Assembly (NCBI GenBank): GCA_963665125.2
Contig: CAXXUK010000001.1
Span: 2,048,001-2,112,000 of the forward strand
Direction: 5' to 3'
Source of the DNA: an uncultured Desulfarculus sp.
GTDB lineage: Bacteria > Desulfobacterota > Desulfarculia > Desulfarculales > Desulfarculaceae
Length of the DNA stretch: 64,000 nucleotides
The position numbers and the translations under genes were made by a program. A model generated the notes under the pieces. The model was not told the DNA's origin, did no database searches, and was given only the letters and a program-made list of their open reading frames with translations. Below are positions 47,416-56,883 of the stretch, in pieces. The first letter of the stretch is position 1. The number at the start of each line of letters is the position of its first letter.

Positions 47416-48336
47416 ATGGCAAGGAAGGTAATTATTTCGGCAGCAATCACCGGGGCCATCCACACACCAACCATGTCGGAGTATCTGCCGATCACACCAA
47501 AGGAGATCGCCGACCAGGCCATTGACGCCGCCAATGCGGGCGCAGCGGCGGTGCATATCCACGCCCGTGACCCGGAAACAGGCATACCCAGCTCCAACGG
47601 CGACCTCTTCGCCGAGATAGTCGAGCGCATCCAGGCCGGCACGGACGCCATAATCTGCATCACCACCGGCGGCGGCCCCACCATGAGCATCGAAGAGCGC
47701 GCCGCCTCGATCCCCCGCTTCAAGCCCGAACTGGCCTCCCTGAACATGGGATCCATCAACTTTGCCCTGCATCCCCTGGCCGACAAACACAACGAATGGA
47801 AATACGACTGGGAGCCCTTCGCCCTGGAAGCATCCAAGGACAATATTTTCCGTAACACCTTTGGCGATCTGGAAACCATTCTGGCCATGATGGAAGAGGC
47901 GGGAACCAAACCCGAATTGGAGATCTACGACGCCGGGCACATCCACAACGCCGCGTTCATGGTGATGCAGGGGATGCTCAAGCCTCCGGTGTACCTGCAA
48001 TTCGTCCTGGGCATCCTGGGAGGCATGGCCGCCACCATCGACAACCTGGTCTTCCTGAAAAACTCCGCCGACCGCCTGCTTGGGCCAGGCAACTACCAGT
48101 TCAGCGGCTTCGGCGCGGGCCGCATGGAATACCCCATCTGCACCACCAACGTGCTCATGGGCGGCCACTGCCGGGTGGGCCTGGAAGACAACCTCAACCT
48201 CTCCCAAGGCGTCAAGGCCAAGTCCAACGCCGAATTGGTCGAAAAGATGGTCCGCATCCTGGGTGAATTCAGCCTCGAACCGGCCACCCCGGCCGAAGCC
48301 CGCAAAATCCTGGGGACCAAAGGGTCGCTGGGTTAG
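47416..48336 (+). CDS. Beta-keto acid cleavage enzyme family (BKACE/DUF849)
   Basis: AAITGA, PITPKEIA, AGAAAVHIHARDPETG, PELASLNMGS and HCRVGLEDN. Confidence 0.92.
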   Translation: MARKVIISAAITGAIHTPTMSEYLPITPKEIADQAIDAANAGAAAVHIHARDPETGIPSSNGDLFAEIVERIQAGTDAIICITTGGGPTMSIEERAASIPRFKPELASLNMGSINFALHPLADKHNEWKYDWEPFALEASKDNIFRNTFGDLETILAMMEEAGTKPELEIYDAGHIHNAAFMVMQGMLKPPVYLQFVLGILGGMAATIDNLVFLKNSADRLLGPGNYQFSGFGAGRMEYPICTTNVLMGGHCRVGLEDNLNLSQGVKAKSNAELVEKMVRILGEFSLEPATPAEARKILGTKGSLG

Positions 48337-48344
48337 TTTTTTTC

Positions 48345-48669
48345 TTGGGGGGCTTTTTGAAAAAAGCCCCCCCAAACCCCGCAAAAACTTCGCTGTTTAT
48401 TGATTGCCGGCTGCTCCGCCAATCAATAAACGGTCATGTCTTTCGTCGTTGCGTGGCTGTTTCATCATTGCGGGCGCATTTGTTTTGCCTGCGGCAAAAC
48501 AAATGCGCCGAATAGATACAGAACCATACCAAGCCCGGAGCATCGGCCAAAAACAGCGCAATTGCTTTGGCCAAAGGCCAAAGCAATTGCGCACGCGGTT
48601 TTCTTTTTGGAAGGGGGTTTGGGGGAAACTTTTTTCTTTTGGCTACAAAAGAAAAAAGTTTCCCCCAAA
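48345..48669. repeat. REP/MITE-like cluster of five palindromic hairpins
   Basis: Stems at 48345-48375, 48395-48431 (12 bp), 48473-48509 (17 bp perfect), 48556-48592 (17 bp perfect) and 48618-48669 (24 bp perfect). Outer CCCCCAAACCCC / GGGGTTTGGGGG inverted pair. Confidence 0.75.
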
Positions 48670-48673
48670 TAAT

Positions 48674-49450
48674 CTACTTTCCTCGCCAAACAGGCTCACG
48701 TTTTTCCAAAAAGGCGCCCATGCCTTCCTGGGCGTCTTCAAAGCCGAGGTTGAGGCCCATGGCCGGGACGGCCAGACCGTAGGCCTGGCGTTCGTCCAGG
48801 TCGATCTGCTCGTAGAAGACGCGTTTGCCGTGGGCCAGGGTGGCTGGGCTGGCCTCGATGATCTGGCGGGCGAAGGTCTCGGTTTTGGCGGCCAGTTCGT
48901 CGGGATGGACAAGTTGGTTGACCAGGCCCCAGGAAAGCGCCTCCTCGGCGGTGACCCAGCGGCCGGTCATGAGCATTTCCAGGGCCCGTTTTTGGCCCAC
49001 GGCCCGGACCAGGGGCACGGCCGGGGTGCCGCAGAATAGCCCGATGCGCACGCCGGGCGTGCCAAAGCGGGCGTTGGTGGCCGCTATGGCCAGATCGCAG
49101 GCGGCCACCAGTTGACAACCGGCGGCGGTGGCCACGCCGTTGACCCGGGCGATCACCGGCTGGGGCAGGCGGCGGATGCGCTGCATCATTGCTGAACAGT
49201 TGGCGAATATGGCCTGGGCTTCGCTGGCGCCCAAGCCCATCATCTCGTCCATCTGGTGCCCGGCGCAGAAATGCTTGCCCGCACCGGCGATAATCACCGC
49301 CCGGACGTCCGGATCGTTGCCCGCCTGGAGCAGGGCCGCGTCCAGGTCGGCCACCATGGCCCGGCTCAAGGCGTTGACTTTGTCCGGACGGTTGAGGGTG
49401 ATGCGGGCCAGGCCGCTGTCCTTTTCAAAGGTAATCTCGGTAAAGCCCAT
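48674..49450 (-). CDS. Enoyl-CoA hydratase/crotonase family
   Basis: ITLNRPDKVNAL, FCAGH, PVIARVNGVATAAGCQL and EGMGAFLEKR. Confidence 0.93.
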   Translation of the reverse strand: MGFTEITFEKDSGLARITLNRPDKVNALSRAMVADLDAALLQAGNDPDVRAVIIAGAGKHFCAGHQMDEMMGLGASEAQAIFANCSAMMQRIRRLPQPVIARVNGVATAAGCQLVAACDLAIAATNARFGTPGVRIGLFCGTPAVPLVRAVGQKRALEMLMTGRWVTAEEALSWGLVNQLVHPDELAAKTETFARQIIEASPATLAHGKRVFYEQIDLDERQAYGLAVPAMGLNLGFEDAQEGMGAFLEKREPVWRGK

Positions 49451-49472
49451 GCACGCCTCCCTGTTCGGTTAT

Positions 49473-50627
49473 TTAGGCAATCACGATCATCGGCCAAGCA
49501 CCGCCGCCGCGTTGCTCCGCCGGTATGGACAACTGACTGTCCTTCATAAGACCCAGGATATCACCGCGCTTCAATCCGGGAAAAGCGATGATTTTCAGGG
49601 CGACCTGCCCACCGGCTTCGGACGAACCGGCAACCAGGGCGTTGAAGTCGGCGGCCAGGGCGGCGGCTGCTTGGGCGGCATTGTCCACGGCTTCGGCGCC
49701 CCAGGGGCCTTCGGCCAGTTGATTGAGCATTTTTTCGATGCCGTCGCGAATCGGATCCAGGCCGGATGCGCCGCCGTCTCCGGGGTCGGCGTATTTGGCC
49801 AGATCGATCTCGGCCACCAGTTGCACCAGGTCCGATCCCTTTTCCGGAGGAACGTCGTCAAACGGCGCCACGACCCCGGCTGCTGAGCGAAGCTCGGGCG
49901 GCTGGTCCTTCAGGCCCGCGTTGGCCCGGGCGGCCAGGATATCGATGGCCTGGGCATGGGTGGTGATCAGCCAGTCTTCGTTGTCGCCGAGGGTGGCCGC
50001 CAGGGTGGCCCAGGCCGACAGGCGGCTGGGCAGCAGGTGGTCGATGTTCTGGCTGTAATCCAGGGGCGGCAGGTCGTCCAGCCCGGCGTCTTCGTAGTCG
50101 GCCCGTTCGTGATCGTCCTCCATGTGGCCCATGGAGCGCTCCAGCTTTTCGCGGCCCTTCTCATACCCGCTGAGGGCGTTTTCCATTTCCACGGCCTGGG
50201 TGTCATGGATATGGGCCAGATGCAGCATCAGGTCGGCGGTGACCTCGGGCGTCTGCCTGGCGCTGGCCTTGGACTGGCCGTATGTTTTCAACTCGCCCAT
50301 GACCGAGCGCACGGTCTCGGGCGTTTCGGGCATGACGCCGGCCTTGAGGGCCTCGGCCAGGCCGGTGCCCTGGCTCTCGCGGACCCACTGCTCCCATTGG
50401 CGCAGGAGCATGGCCATGCGCTTGGGCTCGGCGTCGCCGGCCGCGTCCGCCCCCTGGTTAATGGCCGGGTGCAACACCTTCACCAAACCGGAGTCGGCGT
50501 CCGGCTCGGCCTTTTGGTCCAGACTGGGCGGAGCCAGCAGGCACACCGGTTTGAATAGCGGACTGATTTTGGCCAGGACCGACGGCCTGAGCACGGTATC
50601 TGGAAACATTATGACCGGCAGTGTCAT
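49473..50627 (-). CDS. Hypothetical protein (384 aa)
   Basis: Long ORF with host codon usage, RBS GAGGTG, collinear with the crotonase gene. Confidence 0.7.
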   Translation of the reverse strand: MTLPVIMFPDTVLRPSVLAKISPLFKPVCLLAPPSLDQKAEPDADSGLVKVLHPAINQGADAAGDAEPKRMAMLLRQWEQWVRESQGTGLAEALKAGVMPETPETVRSVMGELKTYGQSKASARQTPEVTADLMLHLAHIHDTQAVEMENALSGYEKGREKLERSMGHMEDDHERADYEDAGLDDLPPLDYSQNIDHLLPSRLSAWATLAATLGDNEDWLITTHAQAIDILAARANAGLKDQPPELRSAAGVVAPFDDVPPEKGSDLVQLVAEIDLAKYADPGDGGASGLDPIRDGIEKMLNQLAEGPWGAEAVDNAAQAAAALAADFNALVAGSSEAGGQVALKIIAFPGLKRGDILGLMKDSQLSIPAEQRGGGAWPMIVIA

Positions 50628-50730
50628 CTATCACCTCATGCCCCGCGCCCGGCTGCTGGTGACGCGTGGTTGTTGATGTGTTATGTTCAACTTCCGCCAA
50701 TGCGGCGGTGATGATTATACGGAGTCTATC

Positions 50731-50973
50731 ATGGATAGGAAAATCTTTGAAATGAGTCTGTCGGTTGAGGCGACGAGCCTGTATCTGCTGCTGGTGCCCC
50801 TGGCCGAAGGCGGTGTGCCCCTCAACCGTGACAGCGCCATGCAATTTTGGAATTCCAGCCAGGACAAACTCGATGACGCCGCCGAAGAATTGCTGGCCCG
50901 CTGCGTGATTCAGACTGTCATTTCCGGCGACTGGCTGTTGCTGCCGCCGACAAGCTGGGTTCAGCTTTCCTGA
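50731..50973 (+). CDS. Small hypothetical protein
   Basis: GGAG RBS; MDRKIFEMSLSVEATSLYLL. Confidence 0.6.
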   Translation: MDRKIFEMSLSVEATSLYLLLVPLAEGGVPLNRDSAMQFWNSSQDKLDDAAEELLARCVIQTVISGDWLLLPPTSWVQLS

Positions 50974-50981
50974 AGCTATGA

Positions 50982-51308
50982 CTAGACGATGGTGATGATG
51001 CCCTCGACATGGCGCAGGGCTTCGTAAACCGCCAAGACCTGCTCGGACCCGGAAACATCCACCTCGATGGTGACTGACTCATATTTTCCGTTTGCCGACG
51101 GACGCACCCGGATATCCTTTTCCGGATCGACTTCGCCCAAGACCTTTTCGGCGGCCTTGCGTACGTCTTCCACAAAACCATCAGCGGCATAACCGATTGC
51201 CTTGAACATGTACGGTCCCGGAAAATCATGATGCTTTTCCAGGGCTTCCAGGGCCTCGGAACTGAGCATGGGCTGGCCGGAGCATTTACCGCAGGTGCAT
51301 TCGGTCAT
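50982..51308 (-). CDS. DUF493/YbeD-family protein
   Basis: HDFPGPYMFKAIG...RPSANGKYESVT...VYEAL. Confidence 0.85.
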   Translation of the reverse strand: MTECTCGKCSGQPMLSSEALEALEKHHDFPGPYMFKAIGYAADGFVEDVRKAAEKVLGEVDPEKDIRVRPSANGKYESVTIEVDVSGSEQVLAVYEALRHVEGIITIV

Positions 51309-51456
51309 ATTCCACCATCCGTCAAGCAGAAAAAATACGACATCTTCAACAGTTACATAATGTTTGATTTTACCCGCCGGGTTATTGGCTGTCAATTGAG
51401 CCCCGGCGTTGACACGGGCCTCCGCCAGGGCCCATGATGACGCCGGAGGCCGAACC

Positions 51457-52761
51457 TTGAGTACAAACGGACATATACTGATCATCATGACCCGCCTGCC
51501 CCGGCCGGGCCAAACCAAGACAAGGCTCGAGCCCGCCCTGGGCCCGGATGGCGCCGCAAAGCTGCAAAAAACCCTGACCAGGCGTCTGCTGGCCAGGGCC
51601 CGCCGCCTGACCTTGGGCGCCGGCGTCGAAATCCAGATCAGCCACACCGGCGGAACGGCCGCGGACATGTCCGCCTGGCTGGGCGACGACCTCGTGTATC
51701 ACCAGCAGCGGGGCGAAGGCCTTGGGGCGCGCATGGCCGGAGCCTTTGAGCACGCCTTTGGCCGGGGAGCCCGCCGGGTGGTCATGGTGGGTTGCGACTG
51801 CCCCCAGGTGGACGAAAAGTTACTGGAACAGGCCTTTTCTCTACTAGAGCTCAACGACCTGGTGCTTGGCCCGGCCACTGACGGCGGTTACTACCTCATC
51901 GGCCTGTCGCGGCCCGCCCCGGATCTTTTTAACGGCCCTGCCTGGGGCACGGAGTCGGTCTTTGACCAGACATTGTGCATCGCCGCCGGCCTGGGTCTGA
52001 GCCATGAAACCGTGGACCGGCTCAGCGATATCGACCGGCCCGAGGATCTGACCTTGTGGCGGGAGCTGGCCCTGCGGGACGCAGAGAAAATTTCAGTGAT
52101 CATCCCGGCCCTCAATGAAGCGGAAAATATCGACAGGACCATACGGTCGGCCATTGATGAGGCCTTTGAGGTCATCGTGGCCGACGGCGGCAGCGGTGAC
52201 GAAACTACGGCTTTGGCCCGTCAGGCCGGGGCCCTGGCCATGGACGCACTCAAAGGCCGGGCCCGCCAGATGAACGCCGGGGCGCGCCTGGCCAAGGGTG
52301 GCGTATTGCTGTTTCTGCACGCCGACACCCTGCTGCGGCCGGGCTGGGCCGCTGAAGTGCGGTGTATCCTGGCCGATGAACGCAACGCCGCCGGGGCCTT
52401 CAGCTTCAAGCTGGACGCCGACAGCCCGTGGCTGCGCCTCACCGAATGGGGCGTGGCCCGGCGCTGTGAATACGGCCAAATGCCCTACGGCGATCAAGGC
52501 CTGTTTTTGCGCGCCGATGATTTTTGGGATGCCGGCGGCTACCCGGACCAGCCAATAATGGAAGACTGGGAACTGATAAAGGCCATGCAAAGGCGCGGCC
52601 GCATCGCAATCAGTCCGTTGGAGGCAGTCACCTCGGCCCGGCGCTGGCAGCGCGGCGGCGGCATCCGGGTGTGGGTAATGAATCAAGTGGTGGTGGGGGC
52701 CTATTACCTGGGCGTGAACAGGTATCGACTGCGAAACTGGTATGACAAGATTACAAAGTGA
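51457..52761 (+). CDS. Fused DUF2064 (TIGR04282-like) and GT2 (TIGR04283-like) glycosyltransferase
   Basis: N-half has PGQTKTRL, QRGEGLGARM, GCDCP, LGPATDGGYYLIG and DIDRPEDL. C-half has ISVIIPALNE, ADGGSGD, GRARQMNAGA, FLHADT, PYGDQGLF, MED and TSARRW. Confidence 0.88.
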   Translation: MSTNGHILIIMTRLPRPGQTKTRLEPALGPDGAAKLQKTLTRRLLARARRLTLGAGVEIQISHTGGTAADMSAWLGDDLVYHQQRGEGLGARMAGAFEHAFGRGARRVVMVGCDCPQVDEKLLEQAFSLLELNDLVLGPATDGGYYLIGLSRPAPDLFNGPAWGTESVFDQTLCIAAGLGLSHETVDRLSDIDRPEDLTLWRELALRDAEKISVIIPALNEAENIDRTIRSAIDEAFEVIVADGGSGDETTALARQAGALAMDALKGRARQMNAGARLAKGGVLLFLHADTLLRPGWAAEVRCILADERNAAGAFSFKLDADSPWLRLTEWGVARRCEYGQMPYGDQGLFLRADDFWDAGGYPDQPIMEDWELIKAMQRRGRIAISPLEAVTSARRWQRGGGIRVWVMNQVVVGAYYLGVNRYRLRNWYDKITK

Positions 52762-52883
52762 TATCAGCTTCCGCAAAAAGGTCCAACTCTCTTGACAGAG
52801 CAATTGTAGAGGTGCATGTTTGGGCATGCGGTGAACCACGCAAGCCACCGCAACGAGCCAACCGCAGGGGAAAGGCCGATATC

Positions 52884-53732
52884 TTGTCAGACTTGCGAAC
52901 CATTGACGTCGGCCGCATAACCGATAAAATCGCTAGGCTATGCGGCGAGGCGGCGTTTGAGCTGCCCGACGACGTCCGGCAGGCCATAAAAAAGGCCTCG
53001 CAAAACGAACCTTCACCAGTGGGCCGGGAAGTCCTGGGCCGCCTGATCGATAACGCCGACGTAGCCTCGGCAGAAAAACTGCCGATCTGCCAGGATTGCG
53101 GATTGGCCGTGGTCTACCTGGACATTGGCCAGGACGTGCACCTGATTGGCGGCGACGTGACCGAAGCCGCCAATGAAGGCGTTCGCCGAGGTTATCAGGA
53201 CAACTATCTTCGCAAAAGCGTTTGCCATCCCTTTACCAGGGCCAACACCGGCGACAACACACCGGCCGTGGTCAATATCCGCGTGGTTCCCGGCAACCAG
53301 GTGCATATCTACCTGATGCCCAAGGGCGGCGGCAGCGAGAACATGAGCCGGGTGTATCTGCTCACCCCGGCCCAGGGCCGCCAGGGCGTCGTCGACATGG
53401 TCCGGGAAACCGTACTCAACGCGGGGCCCAACCCCTGCCCGCCCATCATCGTGGGCGTAGCCGTGGGCGGTACCTTTGACCAGGCCGCCAAGAACGCCAA
53501 ACGCACCTTCCTGCGCGAGCTGGGCTCGCTCAACCCCGACCCGGAGGCCGCGGCCCTTGAGGCCGAACTGCTGGAGATAATCAACTCCATTGGCATCGGC
53601 CCGGCCGGGCTGGGCGGCGGAGTCACCGCCCTGGGCGTTTTCGCGGATATCCAGCCCTGTCACATCGCCAGCCTGCCGGTGGCCGTCAATATCCAGTGCC
53701 ACGCGGCGCGCCACAAGGAGGCCGTGCTGTGA
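52884..53732 (+). CDS. Class I fumarate hydratase (Fe-S hydro-lyase) alpha subunit
   Basis: PICQDCG, NTGDNTPA, PKGGGSENMS, NPCPP, GPAGLGG and CHIASLPVAVNIQCHAARH. Start is TTG at 52884 or 52893. Confidence 0.92.
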   Translation: MSDLRTIDVGRITDKIARLCGEAAFELPDDVRQAIKKASQNEPSPVGREVLGRLIDNADVASAEKLPICQDCGLAVVYLDIGQDVHLIGGDVTEAANEGVRRGYQDNYLRKSVCHPFTRANTGDNTPAVVNIRVVPGNQVHIYLMPKGGGSENMSRVYLLTPAQGRQGVVDMVRETVLNAGPNPCPPIIVGVAVGGTFDQAAKNAKRTFLRELGSLNPDPEAAALEAELLEIINSIGIGPAGLGGGVTALGVFADIQPCHIASLPVAVNIQCHAARHKEAVL

Positions 53733-54286
53733 GCGAGATCAAACGACTTACGCCTCCGCTGACCGACGAAGACATTGCCGCCCTCAAAAGCGGAGACAGG
53801 GTGCTGTTGTCGGGCACCATCTACACCGGCCGGGACGCGGCCCACAAGCGCATCGTCGACGCCCTGCACGAAGGCAAAAACCCGCCGTTCGACCTGCAAG
53901 GCGCGGTGATTTTTTATGTCGGCCCCTCGCCGCCACCGCCGGGCCGGGTCATCGGAGCGGCAGGCCCCACCACCAGTTACCGCATGGACGCCTACGCCCC
54001 GGAGCTGATCAGTCGGGGTCTCAAGGCCATGATCGGCAAGGGCAGCCGCAATGACGGCGTCAAGCAGGCCATGGGCCAGTACAAGGCCGTATATCTGGCG
54101 GCAATCGGCGGAGCCGGGGCCCTGATGGCCAATTGCATTAAAAAAGCGGAAGTGATCGCATACGACGATCTGGGGCCCGAGGCCGTGCGCAAGCTGGAGG
54201 TCGAGGACATGCCCCTGTTCGTGGTCAACGATATTTACGGCGCGGACTTGTATCAACAAGGCCGGGCCGAATACGAAAAGAAATAG
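53729..54286 (+). CDS. Class I fumarate hydratase beta subunit
   Basis: IYTGRDAAHKR, GPTTSYRM, MIGKG and LGPEA; GTGA overlap with the alpha subunit gene. Confidence 0.92.
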   Translation: MSEIKRLTPPLTDEDIAALKSGDRVLLSGTIYTGRDAAHKRIVDALHEGKNPPFDLQGAVIFYVGPSPPPPGRVIGAAGPTTSYRMDAYAPELISRGLKAMIGKGSRNDGVKQAMGQYKAVYLAAIGGAGALMANCIKKAEVIAYDDLGPEAVRKLEVEDMPLFVVNDIYGADLYQQGRAEYEKK

Positions 54287-54332
54287 GCACAACAAACGGC
54301 GCAACCCGCAGGCGCGCCAAAAAGGAGAAGCA

Positions 54333-54713
54333 ATGAAAGCCTATCCACCAAAGGTGCGATACCGGCTGCACGCGGGCTACATCGCCTGGCTGTTGCAGCG
54401 CATCTCCGGATTGGCCCTGGTCCTGTACCTGGTCATGCACGTCTACGTGATCCACAACATTTCCAGAGGCCGCGAGGCATTCAACGAGATCATGGGTATC
54501 GTCCAGTCGCCGCTGTTTCACCTGGCCGAGGTGGCCCTGTTGGGCGCCGTGGCCTACCACGGCATCAACGGCATCCGCGTAGTCCTTTTAGACTACGGCA
54601 AGGCCGCGGACAAGGACAAGATCAAGCCCTGGGTGTTGGGCGCCATGGCCGTCAGCGCCGTATTGATCATCGCCGGCGGCATCCCCATGCTCAAACTGGC
54701 CCTGCAGCACTAG
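54333..54713 (+). CDS. sdhC: Succinate dehydrogenase cytochrome b subunit
   Basis: WLLQRISG, VMH, YHGINGIR; 3 TM segments. Confidence 0.9.
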   Translation: MKAYPPKVRYRLHAGYIAWLLQRISGLALVLYLVMHVYVIHNISRGREAFNEIMGIVQSPLFHLAEVALLGAVAYHGINGIRVVLLDYGKAADKDKIKPWVLGAMAVSAVLIIAGGIPMLKLALQH

Positions 54714-54722
54714 GAGGACAAC

Positions 54723-55091
54723 ATGCGCTTTCTCGGATCCGGCCGCAGCGGCACGTTTGAATGGCTGTTCCAGCGCGTCAGCGGCGTGGCCCTGGTGCTC
54801 CTGCTGGGCTTCCACTTTATCTTGATTCACTTTACCGGCGATCCCGGCCCGGTAACATATGACAAGGTCGCTCCCCGTCTGGCCAGCCCCCTATACAAGG
54901 CCTGGGAGCTTTTGTTCCTGGTGCTGGCCCTGTACCACGCCATGACCGGCCTCAAGCTGGTGCTCGACGACTATGTGCACAACCACAACGCGCGCATCTG
55001 GCTCAATGGTCTGGTATGGGTGGCGGCCCTCGCCTTGTTGATCTTCGGGTCCCTGACCATTATCACCTTCAGTTATCAGCCGGGAGCGTAG
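54723..55091 (+). CDS. sdhD: Succinate dehydrogenase hydrophobic anchor
   Basis: WLFQRVSG, FH, YHAMTGLKLVLDDY; 3 TM segments. Confidence 0.9.
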   Translation: MRFLGSGRSGTFEWLFQRVSGVALVLLLGFHFILIHFTGDPGPVTYDKVAPRLASPLYKAWELLFLVLALYHAMTGLKLVLDDYVHNHNARIWLNGLVWVAALALLIFGSLTIITFSYQPGA

Positions 55092-55095
55092 CGAT

Positions 55096-56874
55096 ATGTC
55101 CATCAATACAACAATCACCACCCACCGCGTCGAGGCACTGGTCGTCGGCGCGGGCGGAGCGGGCATGCGCGCGGCCCTGGAGGCCGGCGGCAGCGTGGAC
55201 ACGGCCGTCATCAGCCAGGTCTTCCCCACCCGCAGCCATACGGTTAGCGCCCAGGGTGGCATCGGCGCCAGCCTGAGCAACGTGGAGCCCGACTCCTGGC
55301 ATTTCCACATGTACGACACGGTCAAAGGCTCCGACTGGCTGGGCGACCAGGACGCCATCGAGTTCATGTGCCGGGAGGCCCCGGACGTGGTCATCGAACT
55401 GGAACATATGGGCCTGCCCTTCAGCCGCCTGGACGACGGCCGTATCTACCAGCGCCGTTTCGGCGGCCACACCCGGGACTACGGCGAGGCGGCGGTTTGC
55501 CGCAGCTGCGCCGCGGCCGACCGCACGGGCCACGCCATGCTACACACCCTCTTTGAGGAGTGCCTGCGCAGGGGCGTGAAATTTTTCAACGAATATTACA
55601 TGCTCGAACTCATCGTCAATCAGGGCGTGGTCTGCGGCGTGCTGGCCTGGGACATGATCAAGGGCGGGTTCCACCTGTTCCACGCCAAGGCCACGCTTTT
55701 TGCCACGGGCGGCTACAGCCGCACCTTCCGCACCACCAGCAACGCCCACATCTGTTCGGGCGACGGCGCGGCCCTGGCCATGCGCTCGGGCGTCGTGGCC
55801 CAGGACCTGGAGTTTTTGCAGTTCCATCCCACGGGCATCTACGGCGCGGGCAACCTGATCACCGAGGGCGTGCGCGGCGAGGGCGGCGTGCTGATCAACG
55901 GCGAAGGCGACAAGTTCATGGTCAAGTATGCGCCCAAGATCAAGGACCTGGCCAGCCGCGACGTGGTCAGCCGGGCCATGGCCGAGGAAATGCGCCACGG
56001 CCGGGGCTGCGGGCCCAACAAGGACCACCTGCTTTTGGACATGAGCCCCATTGGCGCGGAAAAGATCATGAAGCTGCTGCCGGGCATCCATGAGCTGACC
56101 GAGGTCTTCGCCGGGGTCGACTGCACCAAGGACCCCATACCGGTGACGCCGACAGCCCACTATTCCATGGGCGGCATCCCCACCAACTATCACGCCGAGG
56201 TGGTCATCCCCGGCGCGGACGGGCCAGAAACCATTGTTCCGGGCTTCTACGCGGCGGGTGAGGCGGCCTGCGCCAGCGTGCACGGGGCCAACCGCCTGGG
56301 CACCAACTCCCTGTTGGACCTGATGGTCTTCGGCCGCGAAGGCGGCAAACAGATGGCCCGCTTTGCCAAGGGCATGGAATCATGGCCCGAGCTGCCCAAA
56401 AACGCCGGGGGCACGGGCGTGGCCGAGGTGGAGCATCTGATGAACGGCGGTGGCGGCACCCGCATGGGCCCGCTCATGGAGCAGATGCGCCTGGACATGG
56501 AAAACCACTGCGGCGTTTTCCGTACGGCCGACGAACTGGGCCAACTCACCGACAAACTGGCCGCCCACAGGAAGTCCTACAAGGACGTGGGCATCCAGGA
56601 CAAGGGTTTGGCCTACAACCTGGACCTCATCGAGGCCCTGGAGTTGGGCCACATGCTCGACGTGGCCACGGCCATCTGCGCCGGAGCTCTGGCCCGCCAG
56701 GAAAGCCGCGGCGGCCATTACCGCGACGACTTCCCCAAGCGCGACGACCAAAACTGGCACAAGCACACCCTGGCCAGCCTCAACGCCGACGGCACGGTGA
56801 GCCTTGACTACAAACCGGTGCGCATGAAACCGCTGAGCGTGCCAACCGTTGAACTTGCCGAACGGGTGTATTAG
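55096..56874 (+). CDS. sdhA: Succinate dehydrogenase flavoprotein
   Basis: RSHTVSAQGG (covalent FAD His), QFHPTG, HYSMGG, HGANRLG and ESRGGH. Confidence 0.96.
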   Translation: MSINTTITTHRVEALVVGAGGAGMRAALEAGGSVDTAVISQVFPTRSHTVSAQGGIGASLSNVEPDSWHFHMYDTVKGSDWLGDQDAIEFMCREAPDVVIELEHMGLPFSRLDDGRIYQRRFGGHTRDYGEAAVCRSCAAADRTGHAMLHTLFEECLRRGVKFFNEYYMLELIVNQGVVCGVLAWDMIKGGFHLFHAKATLFATGGYSRTFRTTSNAHICSGDGAALAMRSGVVAQDLEFLQFHPTGIYGAGNLITEGVRGEGGVLINGEGDKFMVKYAPKIKDLASRDVVSRAMAEEMRHGRGCGPNKDHLLLDMSPIGAEKIMKLLPGIHELTEVFAGVDCTKDPIPVTPTAHYSMGGIPTNYHAEVVIPGADGPETIVPGFYAAGEAACASVHGANRLGTNSLLDLMVFGREGGKQMARFAKGMESWPELPKNAGGTGVAEVEHLMNGGGGTRMGPLMEQMRLDMENHCGVFRTADELGQLTDKLAAHRKSYKDVGIQDKGLAYNLDLIEALELGHMLDVATAICAGALARQESRGGHYRDDFPKRDDQNWHKHTLASLNADGTVSLDYKPVRMKPLSVPTVELAERVY

Positions 56875-56883
56875 GAGGGGGTC

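Noticed and set aside
48345..48669. CRISPR array or small ORFs in the palindrome cluster
   Set aside because: The hairpins are not identical direct repeats with regular spacers, there are no cas genes, and the ORFs are low-complexity translations of palindromes.
50982..51308. Link between the DUF493/YbeD gene and the lipoate operon (ybeD neighbours lipB in E. coli)
   Set aside because: The gene is more than 40 kb away and nothing in the sequence connects them.
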